Shown: piece after piece, positions 38,688 to 52,100 of the stretch | How positions within the stretch are numbered: position 1 is the stretch's first letter | Layout of the letters: each line of letters begins with the position of its first letter | NCBI GenBank assembly: GCA_001643675.2 | Contig: LSRY02000018.1 | Span: forward strand, 1,178,001-1,242,000 | Origin: Monocercomonoides exilis PA203 | Taxonomy: Eukaryota > Protista > Preaxostyla | Length of the DNA stretch: 64,000 nt | Direction: 5' to 3' | Made by a program: the position numbers and the translations under genes | Notes under the pieces: generated by a model | What the model was told of the DNA's origin: nothing | Databases searched by the model: none | Seen by the model: only the letters and a program-made list of their open reading frames with translations

Positions 38688-39875
38688 GGAGAGAAGACCA
38701 GGGATGGAGGGAATGGAGATAAACGGGAAGAAGAGAAGCAAAGGAATCTCCCAATCAGTTGAAGGAAATGAGACTAGATTTGATGAAATGATTATGTGCT
38801 TCGGGAAGGGAAGATGCAAGAGGGATATGAATATTTCGAAAAAAAGAAAAGAAATAAGATGAAGATGCCGTGCAGGATCTGTCTGCATTAATGGATAGCA
38901 GAGTTTTTTTGAAGGGTGTTGCTGTTCGTGAATGGGCAGGCAGATGACTGTTTACACTTTTTGTTTGATGGCAACTGTGCTGTCGGTGAATCACTTCATC
39001 CACTTCAAACAACAATCATAATATCCATGTATTCAATAACTGAAATCTTTTTTCTTTTTTGTTTTCCCCAAGAAACGAATGAGAAAGGAAAAAATTCAGA
39101 AATATTCGTTTTCATAATGATTGCGCATCAAACATATCAGCCAAAAATATTTGGATATGTTTTTGAAGGGTCAAAGATTCATTGGGATCAATATTTTTTG
39201 AAAATAAAATCATCAAAATTGCTGTTGTTATTGTTGTTGTTGAATTTTTATCACAACCTTGAAAACTCATAATATTTTTAAAATAACAAATCACTTCTTT
39301 TAATTATTAAAAAAATTAAACATAGAATAAAAGAATAATATCAAAATCGATCAAATGGAAGTTGGATTATATATTCTTTCAAATTCTTTGTTCATTTGTT
39401 AAAAATCGTTGGTTGTTTGAACTTTCCAAAATAAAGTCCTCAATAACATTTCATTTTTGAAATATAAATAACATATGGCTGTTCCTCTTTGTAATCACGC
39501 TTTCGTTCGATATCGGATTAAATAATTTTCCTCAGTGGGAAAACGAAAATTAAATTGCTTTTGAATGAACAATTGAAATAAAATGAATTTATTTGTTTTT
39601 CTTTCTTTTTTTTTTCATTCTATTTTTCCCCTCATAATTGTAAGGCTTTGAATTTTACATAAAATAGGAGATAATCGCATAGAACAATCACAATTTTTTA
39701 AGACAATATTTATATGTGGTTGTGTTCGATAATTCTTTTCAAAGAAAAAATTTTATATTTTATATGTGTTATTCTTTTTGAAAAGTTGCAAATGTTTAAT
39801 TTTCGAATGAAATAAAAATCTCACATCCAATCCAAACCAAATATAATCACCCAGTTGATTATTTAGAAATCATAT
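26161..39875. repeat. Giant palindrome, left arm (~13.7 kb)
   Basis: Reverse complement of 40083-53829 throughout, including the non-coding 3' region. Confidence 0.97.
38602..38657. repeat. 15-bp tandem repeat (aaagtggaagtgcac) encoding SGSAQ; mirrored at ~41312-41367
   Basis: Directly visible. Confidence 0.9.
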
Positions 39876-40107
39876 CGTTTTTTGAGGTGTTGATTTTTCA
39901 AAGATTGTTTGTCATTGTATGAAGATTTTGTATTTTAATGAGAAAATTCATCAAAACCATTTCAAATACAAATGGTTTTTTTGAATCAAAGATAAAAATG
40001 CATTCAATAAGCCTATTCACTTTTCAATTTTTTCTATTGATATTCAAAAAATATTTATGCACCGAAATTATTGTGTGTAAAAATATGATTTCAAAATAAT
40101 CAACTGG
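39851..40107. mobile_element. MITE-like element (family M, copy 3) at the palindrome axis
   Basis: ccagttgattatttagaaatcatat ... atatgatttcaaaataatcaactgg; interior homologous to the copies at 25065 and 25531; similar length. Confidence 0.7.
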
Positions 40108-43100
40108 GTGATTATATTTGGTTTGGATTGGATGTGAGATTTTTATTTCATTCGAAAATTAAACATTTGCAACTTTTCAAAAAGAATAACACATATAAAA
40201 TATAAAATTTTTTCTTTGAAAAGAATTATCGAACACAACCACATATAAATATTGTCTTAAAAAATTGTGATTGTTCTATGCGATTATCTCCTATTTTATG
40301 TAAAATTCAAAGCCTTACAATTATGAGGGGAAAAATAGAATGAAAAAAAAAAGAAAGAAAAACAAATAAATTCATTTTATTTCAATTGTTCATTCAAAAG
40401 CAATTTAATTTTCGTTTTCCCACTGAGGAAAATTATTTAATCCGATATCGAACGAAAGCGTGATTACAAAGAGGAACAGCCATATGTTATTTATATTTCA
40501 AAAATGAAATGTTATTGAGGACTTTATTTTGGAAAGTTCAAACAACCAACGATTTTTAACAAATGAACAAAGAATTTGAAAGAATATATAATCCAACTTC
40601 CATTTGATCGATTTTGATATTATTCTTTTATTCTATGTTTAATTTTTTTTAATAATTAAAAGAAGTGATTTGTTATTTTAAAAATATTATGAGTTTTCAA
40701 GGTTGTGATAAAAATTCAACAACAACAATAACAACAGCAATTTTGATGATTTTATTTTCAAAAAAATATTGATCCCAATGAATCTTTGACCCTTCAAAAA
40801 ACATATCCAAATATTTTTTGGCTGATATGTTTGATGCGCAATCATTATGAAAACGAATATTTCTGAATTTTTTTCCTTTCTCATTCGTTTCTTGGGGAAA
40901 ACAAAAAAAGAAAAAAAGATTTCAGTTATTGAATACATGGATATTATGATTGTTGTTTGAAGTGGATGAAGTGATTCACCGACAGCACAGTTGCCATCAA
41001 ACAAAAAGTGTAAACAGTCATCTGCCTGCCCATTCACGAACAGCAACACCCTTCAAAAAAACTCTGCTATCCATTAATGCAGACAGATCCTGCACGGCAT
41101 CTTCATCTTATTTCTTTTCTTTTTTTTTTCGAAATATTCATATCCCTCTTGCATCTTCCCCTTCCCGAAGCACATAATCATTTCATCAAATCTAGTCTCA
41201 TTTCCTTCAACTGATTGGGAGATTCCTTTGCTTCTCTTCTTCCCGTTTATCTCCATTCCCTCCATCCCTGGTCTTCTCTCCTCATTCAAATGTGCTGTAC
41301 CCACTCACAAGACTTCCACTTTGTGCACTTCCACTTTGTGCACTTCCACTTTGTGCACTTCCACTTTCTCTTTTGCCTCTGTCTGTTGTTTCCTCCAGCC
41401 CAATTGCATCAGACACTGTCAGAACAGCACAGCCAGCCGGAAAATGACTGATGAATGCCCGCTTCAAGTCTGTGAGTGTTGGCCTGGCGTACCGGCCCAT
41501 TGACAGACAAGCGATGATTGCTTTCACACCATCTGGCGAGCCTGCCCTCGCAACATCTGGCCTCTCCCCATTCGCTATCTTCTGTCCCGCCACCTCTGCT
41601 GGATACTCCCCAAACGGGATCTCCAGCGTCAGGCACTCCCACAGCATCATCCCTATCGAGAACACAACAGACTTCTTCGTTGCCCCCATCTTCCTGTTCA
41701 TCAGCAATTCTGGTGCCATCCACCTCAAGCACTCTTTCTTGTAATCATCCTCATCCTCAAATGCTGATGGTGGAAGGGAGTCACTGTCATCATCATCATC
41801 ACTTGCTGAAGTGACAACTGTTGATGATGAGATGGATGATGAATCAGAATCATCAGATGAAATGAAATCAGAGTGCATCACAATGCAGATCACCATGTGC
41901 TCAGAGAAGAGTACAATGTGAGGACTCAGACTGGACAATGACTGAAGCTTGTTTTCCATTTCATCAAAGGAGTGGAGAGCAAGGCTAGCTACCCAGAACA
42001 GGATCTGGGAAGCTGTTTGCTCCCTCTCCTGAAGACTTCCGATCGCCATTTCTTTTTTCTCATTTCTTCCATGAAGCAACAAAAATAGCGAATCCCTCAG
42101 ATCCACAATCAGTTTCTCATGTGGTGATGAACAGGCCATTGCATCTACCAGATTCGACATTGAAGAGGTTGTTGGACACATATCCTCCATTCGAACAAAT
42201 GTTGAATCTGAATCAGTTGTTGAAGTAGTTGAAGTGGATGAGATAGATGGAGAAGGTGTTCGCTTTCTTATCTCTTCTTCTTCTTCTTTCTCCAATGCCC
42301 ATTCTGGGATTTTGTCTGAGTCTCTCCCCAATATGTATTCAGTTGAGCCACTCTCAGATAGAAGATGTTCTGATGACTCTGAATGTTCCATATTTGAATC
42401 ATACACCCTCTTCTTTATCCTCTCTTCATTCTTCTTCTCTGCCTCTCTTTCTGCTCTCCTCCACTGCTCCTCGGGAGACATCTCCATCGTTATCATCTCA
42501 AACGCCTTCGGATCTTTTCTGATGTTATCATTCACTATCTCTCTCAAATCTTTCGCTTCATTCCTTGCCTTTCTCCATCGAACAGCAAGAATAATCGAAA
42601 CAATCAGAACAATCAACAATATGACAACAAGTGCAATTACAATAATTGGCCAAAAAGTGTTTTCTTCTTTTCCACTTTCAACAAGTTTTTTATCTCCATT
42701 TGCTTTTGTCTCTGTTCGGTTCTTCAGAACATGCCTTGCAGTCGACGAACCGGAATCACCGTTTCCAAACAGAATGCACACAGAAACTTCTGCTTCGGCT
42801 GGTGCAGAGCAGATCATTGCTTTCTCAATCCAATAATGTGCTTCCGTCTCTGAAACAATTGCTTCCTCTTCCAGTTCATATGTTTCCAGAGATTCTGTGC
42901 TCCCAACAGCAGAAACAACACGCACGCTCAGATTGCACGGGAGAAGCAGCATCCCGCCCAGAATCAGCTTCATTTCTTTTCCGCTCTCTTCCATATTCAC
43001 TGTCTCCAACCGAGGGATGAACAGTGCCGATGCCCGTTCTGCTGGAATCCCCATCAGCTCGCATCCACCATCCATAATCCACAGCGATGTGCTCGGCTGC

Positions 43101-46100
43101 ATCCCATCCCCTCCCTTCAGGCTCTGAACATCCACCATCCCATTTCCACTACACAGCACATTCCGCCGCATCGAAGGGTACTTTGCCATTGATGGGTTGT
43201 TGTTGATGAATTCTCCTTTCACAATCGTCACGCTTCCCCCACACATCGACAGCCCTCCACACGACGCATTCGCAATCGTTGTGTCTCTCATCATCACCAA
43301 TGAGTCTGTGCAATCCACCAACGATCCACTCCACTCGCACACACCTCCATCCCATTCCACCCCTTTCTCCATCCTTTGTGTGTCTTCCAGTGCAAACAAG
43401 CATGCACCCATCACCACATGATTTGCTCCACAGATGCCAACATCCTTTCCTCTCTCTGCCTCCGATGTGCATCCAGTGCACGTGCAGTTCACCAATTCCA
43501 GCCCCTCTGATGCACCGCTCTCCCAACAAATCACCGATGGAGAGCTTGTCTCTCTGCTGATGTTCTCGAAGCGGCTCAGCGATATCCCGCAAATGGATGA
43601 GACTTCTGAGTCTTCATTCTCATTTCCTCCAGTCCACACATGGCTTATCACTGCACCCTCCACCAACTTTGCTCTTTTCACTTCCACCTCTTTCACAGAC
43701 ACATTCCCGCTCAAAGCCCCAATCTGAACAAGCGACTTTGCGCACTCAATATCCTTCAGCACCACTTCTGTTGCCATCAGCGAGCCACACTTCCCAATTT
43801 CAATCAACGCGTGTTCGCAGCTGATCCCTCCAATCGAGCATCCCCACATCTTCATCCCACTCTCTCCGCCGTGCTCCCCGCTTCCGATGCTAAACAGCAC
43901 AAATGGAACTCTCCCAACACCTGCCTCGCCTTCGCTGCTCACACCAATGCTCCTCAGCTCAGCTGTTCCTGATGCCACCTCCATGAACATTTTGTGCGAA
44001 GACACAAACGAACCAGAAAAGACAAACACCAGCTGCTCAAGCTCCACCTCTCCCACACTCTCCACCACACAATCCTTCGTCTGCTTCATCCCAGACCTCA
44101 CATGCACCTCTGCTTGCTCTTTCCACTTCGACTGCACTCCCACTTCTGCCAGCTCAATTTCGCTTTCAATCTCGCTTTCCCCATCCACAACTAGCTTGCT
44201 CTCATATATCTTCGTCATGTGGCCCAGCCCATACCCGATCGAAGCACACGGAAGTGCCCGGCTCCCACACTTCTTTGTGTCCAGCCCAGCTCCTGCCCCG
44301 CTGCCTGACACAAATATCGTGTCTGCCTGGTACGTCATAATGAACTCCAGCAGGTTCACCGGCTCAAGCGCATGCTCGCATTCATCCATCCCGTAGATCG
44401 CGTTGATTTGGTTGTACACCTCGCTGCTCAGCACCAGCTTGAACTGCGTCTCATTTATCTGCGATCCGATGTCGTGGCACTCGATGAACATGTCTCGCCC
44501 CACATGCGCCGTGTTCGATTCAAACTCGATCCCCGAAAACATCATCTCCACGTCTCCTTCAACTGTGCTCCTCACATACATCCCTCCTCCTTTCCCATTC
44601 CTCGTCGAGCAGCTGCACTGCCGCACCTCCGACTTCCTCACCCCAATCCTCCCTCCTTCCTCCACACACATCATCATCATCCCCCCTTTCTCGCTCTCCG
44701 ACGACACACACACCTCAAACACACACCCCACTATCTCCACATCCACACACCTCGACGTCCCGCACTCCATCACACTCGCCCCTTCCCCATTCCGCTTGAT
44801 CCCTTCCAATGTGCTCCCATTCACAACCACTCCCGACCTCTCCCCCGAACATTCTGCCCCTTCCTCGCAATCAATCTCAAACACTGCCCCTCCCCACAGG
44901 CTCACAGACGATCCATGCATCTTCTCCACTTTGCACTCCCTCACTCCCCGAATCACAAACACACTTCTCTCGCAAAACACATCCTTCACTCTCACCTCTT
45001 CTGCCTCCATCTCTCCTCCCATGCACACCACAAATGAATACCTCCCCGGCATGTTCGCACTGCTCTCCGACACAAACTCACATTTCCCCAGCTCCAGCTT
45101 TCCCCCTTCATTCACAATAATCGCCCCCTTTCTGCTCTCAAACCCTTTCCCCACCTCAATTCCAATCTCCCTTATCCCCAGCCTTCCCCGGTTTTCCATC
45201 CATGCCTCGCTCTCTCCTCCTGCCCCTCCGTTCTCCATCAACAGAATCGCTTTCTTCCCTGTCTCAACCTCACCATCACCCCCCTCAATTCCAAAACCCG
45301 ACAAGTCGTATCCTTCCCTCATCACACTCGCATCCTCCACCACAACCTTCTTCTCCCCATCATCCTCTTCTCCTTCTCCTCCAATGTGCATGAACCCTCC
45401 ATAAAATGTCTTGCACGGCTCCTTCTCGCTTCCACACCGCCTCACATCCAGCCCCCTTGTCGACACATGCACTGTGCTGCTCTCATAACTCATCACAAAC
45501 ATCAGCAGGTCCACAACCCCCACCATCTCATCTTCCCCACAAAACGATTTCTCGTCCCATCCCATTCCTTCCAACAACACATTCAGACTCTCTTCATTCA
45601 CACTTCCATTCAGGTCTGCTGCCACCACAAACATGTTCCTCCCCATCCATGCCTCATTCCCTCCAAATATCATGTTCTTCACTCCAAATGGCAATTCCCT
45701 CAGCGCTTCCGTGCACATCAAATACATCCCTCCTCCTTTCCCACTCCTCCTCTCGCACATACACTTCTTCACACTCGTTCCATTCACCTCCATTCTCCCT
45801 TCCCCTTTCACACATATCCCTATCCCGCCTCCCCTCAACGACCCTCCGGCAAACACATCCTCCACCTTGCACCCATTCACAACCACTTCTCCAAACACAC
45901 TTCCTCTCAGCACCACCCCTTCTCCTCCAACCTCCGACTTCAGCCCCACAAACGAGCATCCATTCACAGCCATCCTGTTCTCCCCGTTCCATCTCCCACC
46001 TCCCTTGCTCCCTGTCCCAACCACTTCCACAACACTGCTGTCTCCAATACTCACATCCTCAAACTGCGTGTTTTCAATCAATCCGCTCCCTGCCACTGAC

Positions 46101-49100
46101 ACCTTCAACACAGGAGCCAACGTCCAAATCCCTTTCACCACGCACCCTCTCACTGTCAACTCCCCACATTCCACAACCACAAAGCTGAACCCCAGCCACA
46201 CCCCCATTTCCTCCTCAACAATGCTCTCTGACAGCTCCACCCCTCCCACATACGAGTACGAATAGATCACACACCCTTTGCTCCCAGGCAGCTGCGCCCC
46301 CACCAAAAACTTTATCTTCTCAACCTTCAATCCTTCCATGTTCCGAACAACTCCTTCTCCTCCTCCTCCTGCCTCTTCATCCAAGCCCCTCCAAATTTCA
46401 GTGTTCCCATCTTCTCTTCTCCACTCGCTCCGCCTGCCGATCGGATCACAAACCGCGACAAGTCATAGCTCCTCCTCACCTCGCACTCCCCGTCAATAAT
46501 CATTTCCTTCTTCTCGCTGCTCGCCTCTGTGTTCATGAATCCTCTCCAGAATGTTGCACAGGGGTACGCTGTGCTCCCGCACCCAACCATGTCAAACCCC
46601 TTCCTCCCCACACAAACACTCCTGCTCACATATTGCAGAACAAACATCATCAAGTCCACTGCTTCTCCAAAAAAGTGCTCCCTGTCTCTCCCTCTCATCT
46701 CCACTTCTCCTTCCCCTTCTCCTTCTCCACACACAACATTCACTATCCACTCTGCCTTCACTGTCCTGTTCAGTGACTCACATTCCACATACAAATCCCT
46801 CCCCTCTCTCGCTCTGTTCCTCCCAAACACAACATCCCTCAACAACAACTCCCCCTCCTTCCTCCCATTCAGCCTCATCCATATTCCTCCTCCTTTCCCT
46901 TCCTCCCCCTCTGCCACACACCCCTTCACCTCTATTCCTTCGATCATCACCTCTCCTTCTTCTTCTTCTTTTTCATTCTCTTTCTCCTCCTCCTCCTCCT
47001 CCTCCTCCTCGCTTGCCTCCCACCTCAGCCAGCCCCCCTTTCCCTTTGATGACACACACCCATCCACCATGCTCCCATTCCCAATCCACCCTCTCTTCAC
47101 TCCCCTCAGCACAACAACCGCCTCTCCACAACTGCAGTTTCCCATCTCTACCCCACTCACATTCACTCTCTCACACTTCTCACACACAATCACCGAACTG
47201 CCCTCTCCATCCACCCCGCCAATAAATGCCCCTTCAACACTCACTTCTCCTCCTTCCACATCAAACACCCCACATCCTGCTCCAAACCTGACATCCTCTA
47301 TCCTGATTCCGCTCATCTCCAATGACCCCCCACTTCCCCTTCCTATCCACATCCCCATTCCTGTTGTCTCTGCTCCTCCTCCTGCTCCTGCTCCTTCCTC
47401 TCCTGCCTCAAATGAGCAGTTCACAATCGAACACTCCCCGGCCCTCACCTCTATCACCTCCCCATGTGTCGATGTGCATGGAAGGCAAAACCTCAGTCTG
47501 CTCAGCATCAGCCCCACCATCCCTGCCTCTCCTGTCAACTCCAAATGCCCCTCCCTTCCAACCGCCACCAAAGCCCTTGTCTCCTTCTTCCCCTGAATCG
47601 TCAGCCATCCTCCCTTTCCCTTCGCCGCCCCATCCACCCTTCCATTCCCCACAATCTGCACTATCCTTTGCCCTTCCCCCATTTGCTTCACCCCATACAC
47701 CACATCCAAGCACGGCCGCACCTCCTCCCCGCAATCCTTTGTGTTGCTCCCCTCCCCTCCATTCACAAACACAATCGCTTCGTCTGCCGGAAACAGATAC
47801 GGCAGCATCGACAGGCTCCGCCCGCTCGCCTCATCATACACCCACAGCTGCTTCTCTTCTCCATCCGACTCCCTCGCCGACCCACTCCACCACTTCTCGT
47901 TCACCAGTGCTCGTGCATCCGCACACACAACATACGCGTTCTTCCCCTCATACGCCTCGTTCTCCCCAAACTCCACCATCTTCACACTGTATTTCACATT
48001 CCTCGATCCCAGCACCAGATACATCCCGCCCCCCTGCCCATCCCCACTGTTCACCTTGTTCCCCCAAACCCTGTTCGAATCAAACAAAAACTCTCCTCCT
48101 TCCTCAACCTCCACGTATCCCCCTCCTCCCTTTCCGCTCCCTTCCCGGCACTCCACTTCAATCAGCCGACAATCCTTCACAACCACCTTCTCCAACCCCC
48201 CAACGACCCCTTCCATCACCCCTCCTTTCCCACTCTCTCGAGCCACCCCTTCAAACGTGTTGTTCCCCATTTCCATGCTCACCCCTCTCTCAAATCTCAC
48301 TGCCCCATGCTCCCCAAACACACATGACCCAACTGTTGAGTTGCCCCACTTCGCTGTTGCCCCTCCCCCAAGCTCCACCAATCCTCCCCTCCCTCCTCCC
48401 GTTATGTTCTCCAACACCAGCAAGTCAATCACCCCTTTTGCTCCATCGCCCTTCACAACAACCACAACAACACCAGTCTCTGTCAAAATGTTCACATCCT
48501 TCACCGTCACATTCCGCAGCGTCATCAGCCCTGCTGTGCACTCTGCCACACAATATGTCGCAGCCCCTCCCTCTGCTTCCATCTCCCACTTCTCCACACA
48601 CAGCTCCCCTCCGCTGCAGCAAAACAAGCTTCTCCGAGCTGGTGCAAACGAGCTCGGCACTCCCATTTTCATCCCGCAAAATCGCCCCACCCCTCCTCTC
48701 GTTCCAAACACACACTCTCCACCCCCTTCCACATCCCTCGCCACTCCAACACCCGCCCCTTCAACTGCCCCTTCAATATCCACCTCCTGCCTTTCTGCCA
48801 CTATCTCTGCCCTTATCATGTATGACTCCACAAGTCGGATGTGCACCTTCCCCACCCCAAACCGCGCCCCGATCGCAAACCCAACTGACCCGCACGGATA
48901 CCTCTCAAACCCACACACCCTGTAGTCCACCCCTTCTTCCCCCACATACCCCGGCTCTTCCCATTCACTCACACACACCCAAAGCGGAACATCCAGCTCC
49001 TCCCCTTTGTCGAATCCAACATGCTCATTGCTTGTCCCTGCTGCCTCCACCCCTCCCACTTTCACACTCTCCGCTGTCACAACCCTCCACAGCTCCTCTG

Positions 49101-52100
49101 CTTCCACAAACATCTTTGCCCCTCTTTCTGCCATGTTGTCTTCGAATGTCAAACCTTCCACCAAATAGTCTCTTCCCACTTCACCTTCCCCAATAAACTC
49201 CATCGCCACCCCTCCTCCACATCCTCCTCTGTTTTCCTTCTTCAATGCCCTGCATCCCACAAACTTTGTCACCACCCCGCTCTGCCCAACCCTCACCTTC
49301 CCGCTTCCCTCAACTCCAATCTTCAATCCCCCTCCACACCCCCCCTTCCGATATGCTGTCTCTCACAACATTCCCCTTCCACACAAACACACTCCCTTCC
49401 CCAACCTCCACATACGCTGCCCCGCCATCCCCGTCTCCCACCTTCCACAGACTCATGTTCGAGTTCAAGATCTCCACACTCTTTCCTCCCTTCCCACACA
49501 CTGCCCTCCCACCACCCACTCTTCCCACCCCTGTCAGCTCCGATCCTTGCACGCTCATCGACCCTCCTCCCTCCACATGCACAAGCCCTCCTCCACATGT
49601 GGTGCTGCACCCACTCACTGTGCACGATGACACTGTCACCCATCCTTCATCCCTCGCTTCACAGAACGGACACTCGCCGAAACAGATCCCGCTCATCTCC
49701 ACCTGAGACAGAATCACACTCCCTCCTGTCGCCTCAACAATCCTGAACCCCACCATGCTCCCCTCCTTCGCAACAACAACCACACTCCTCATCGTCAGCG
49801 CCCCTCCAATGCTCTTCACAAAACTTCTTCTCCCGTTCAACCCACAAGGCACCTGAATCCCCACATTCCCAATTGTGGTCGTCGCCTTGTTCACCACCAG
49901 CTCATCCTGCTTCTTTTCCCCGCTTCCCCCACATCCACCACACACCCTGCCCCTTTCCCTTCCACAACAACAGTCCCTTCCCCAATCACATGCTCCCGCT
50001 CCAGACTCACACTCATCTCAATCGTGCTCCGAAGCCCCAGGATGCTTCCCCGCTTCTCCATCGCATAGTCCAGTGTTCTGCACCCAGCTCCTTCGTATCC
50101 ACATCGCTCAAAATCCCAGCTCTCTGCTCCCCCGACTGCAATCACCGACGGCTCTGGCTGCAGATACAGCACAAGCGGGATCCCGTGCTCACATCCATTC
50201 TCATACCCCATCGCCCCTGCCCGGTCTGACACATTCGTGATCCATCCCATCCTTTCGCTGTCCACCACCTCCGACAGCTTTTCTGCCTCCATGAATATGT
50301 CTCTCCCCGCCTTTCCTGCACTGCACCCGCTGAACTTCACTGTCTTCACATATATCTCTCTGCTCCCTTCCTCCATCTTCACCATCATCCCCCCTCCAAA
50401 CCCTCCTCTTCCCACTCCAACTCCCCCTCCAACTCCCCCTCCCTCATTTCTCATCCCCGCACTGCACAATGAAAACTCCGTGCTCAGCCGCCTCCCAACT
50501 TCCACTGTTCCGCCATCCGACACAACCACCTCCACTCCCCCGCCATTCCCCTCCATGCACACCCCATTCAATGTTCCCCCATCAATACTTATTTTCTGCC
50601 CAAGCCCCACAACCCCTGACACAATCCCCCCATCTCCCCCCTCCCACAACAATCCTCTCAATGTGCTGTTCCACAGCTCAACACTCCCTGCTCCCTCACT
50701 TTTCAGAAACCGGCTCCTCTTTCCCGCTCCACCTCCTCCTCCTTCCACACTCGAATTCCTCACGCTGACAATGCATCCTCCTCCACTCACCTCCACAAAC
50801 GATCTCGACTCCTCATATCCTGCAACAACAAACACTTCCAACTCGCTCAGCGTCACTTTTCCCCCACTCGCCCTCACAAAACTGAACCCCACTCCATTTT
50901 CGCACCCATCCCCTCGCACTGTGCATTTCGCCATCTCCACCTCCCCACCATCTCCGCTCACACTGGCCACACTCATCCCTTCTTCTGCCAGCTCTGCCTC
51001 CAGCACCAGCCCCAGCTCCTCCATCCTCCCAACCCCTCCGATCGTCACAACCCCAGCTGCTCCTGACGTGCTCCCCACAACCACCACTTCTGCCCTTTCT
51101 CCTTCCCTTCCTCCTCCATTCAACACATACTCCTGTCCTCCACCAAACAAAACATTCTCCTCCATCCGGTACTCCCCAACCACCACCACCTCCTTCCTCC
51201 CTCCACCCTGCTGCTCCATCGAATACCACACGCTCCGACACGGATACTCCATGAATCCACACGCTGACACATCATGCCCTCCGCTCCCCACCACCACCCT
51301 CTCCTCCCTCTCCATCACATAGAACACCAGCGGAATCATCACATCCGGCCACTTCTCATCAACCCCCACACAACTCTCCACACTCCCATTGCTCCATTCC
51401 TTCACATGCACAAATCTCTTCACATTCACACACCCTTTCAGATCCCCCGATTCCACAAACAAATCCTTCCCTTCCTCCCCTCTGTTCTCGACAAATCCCA
51501 CATTCTTCACACACAGATCCACATCCTCATCCTCCACCCGCAAATACACCCCTCCTCCTCTCCCTCCCCTCCCTCCCCTTTCACCACCCCCACTCCCTGC
51601 CTGGCACCCCACAAACTCCACAGTGTTTTCTGTCGATGTGCTGTTTCCCACCCCCACCTTCCCTCCCTTCTTCACACACACATATATTCCTCCCCCATCT
51701 CCCTCCCTGCACTCACACCCCCGCACTGTGCAGTTGTCAAACTCAAACACCTCTCCCTCCCCAACAACCCTCTCTACCACGCTTCCGTTCCCTTCTGTCT
51801 TCACAACCCCGCTCACCTCCGATCCCTCCATCACAACCCTCGCCCTTCCACTCATCCCAAAAACACTCCCTCCCATCCTGAATCTCATCCCCACAATCAA
51901 CGAGCTCACAATCCGTGTCTCTCCACCCCCAAGCACAAACACTGCTCTTTCCATCCCACAATCCTCCCCATCGCAAACACACCCCACAACACTCTCGTCC
52001 ACTCTCAGCTCCCCGTCTCCACTCATCACAAACACTGACACACTCACCCACCCTGCCATCTTCACACTCACATTCATCCACCTTATCTTCAGCCTTCCTG

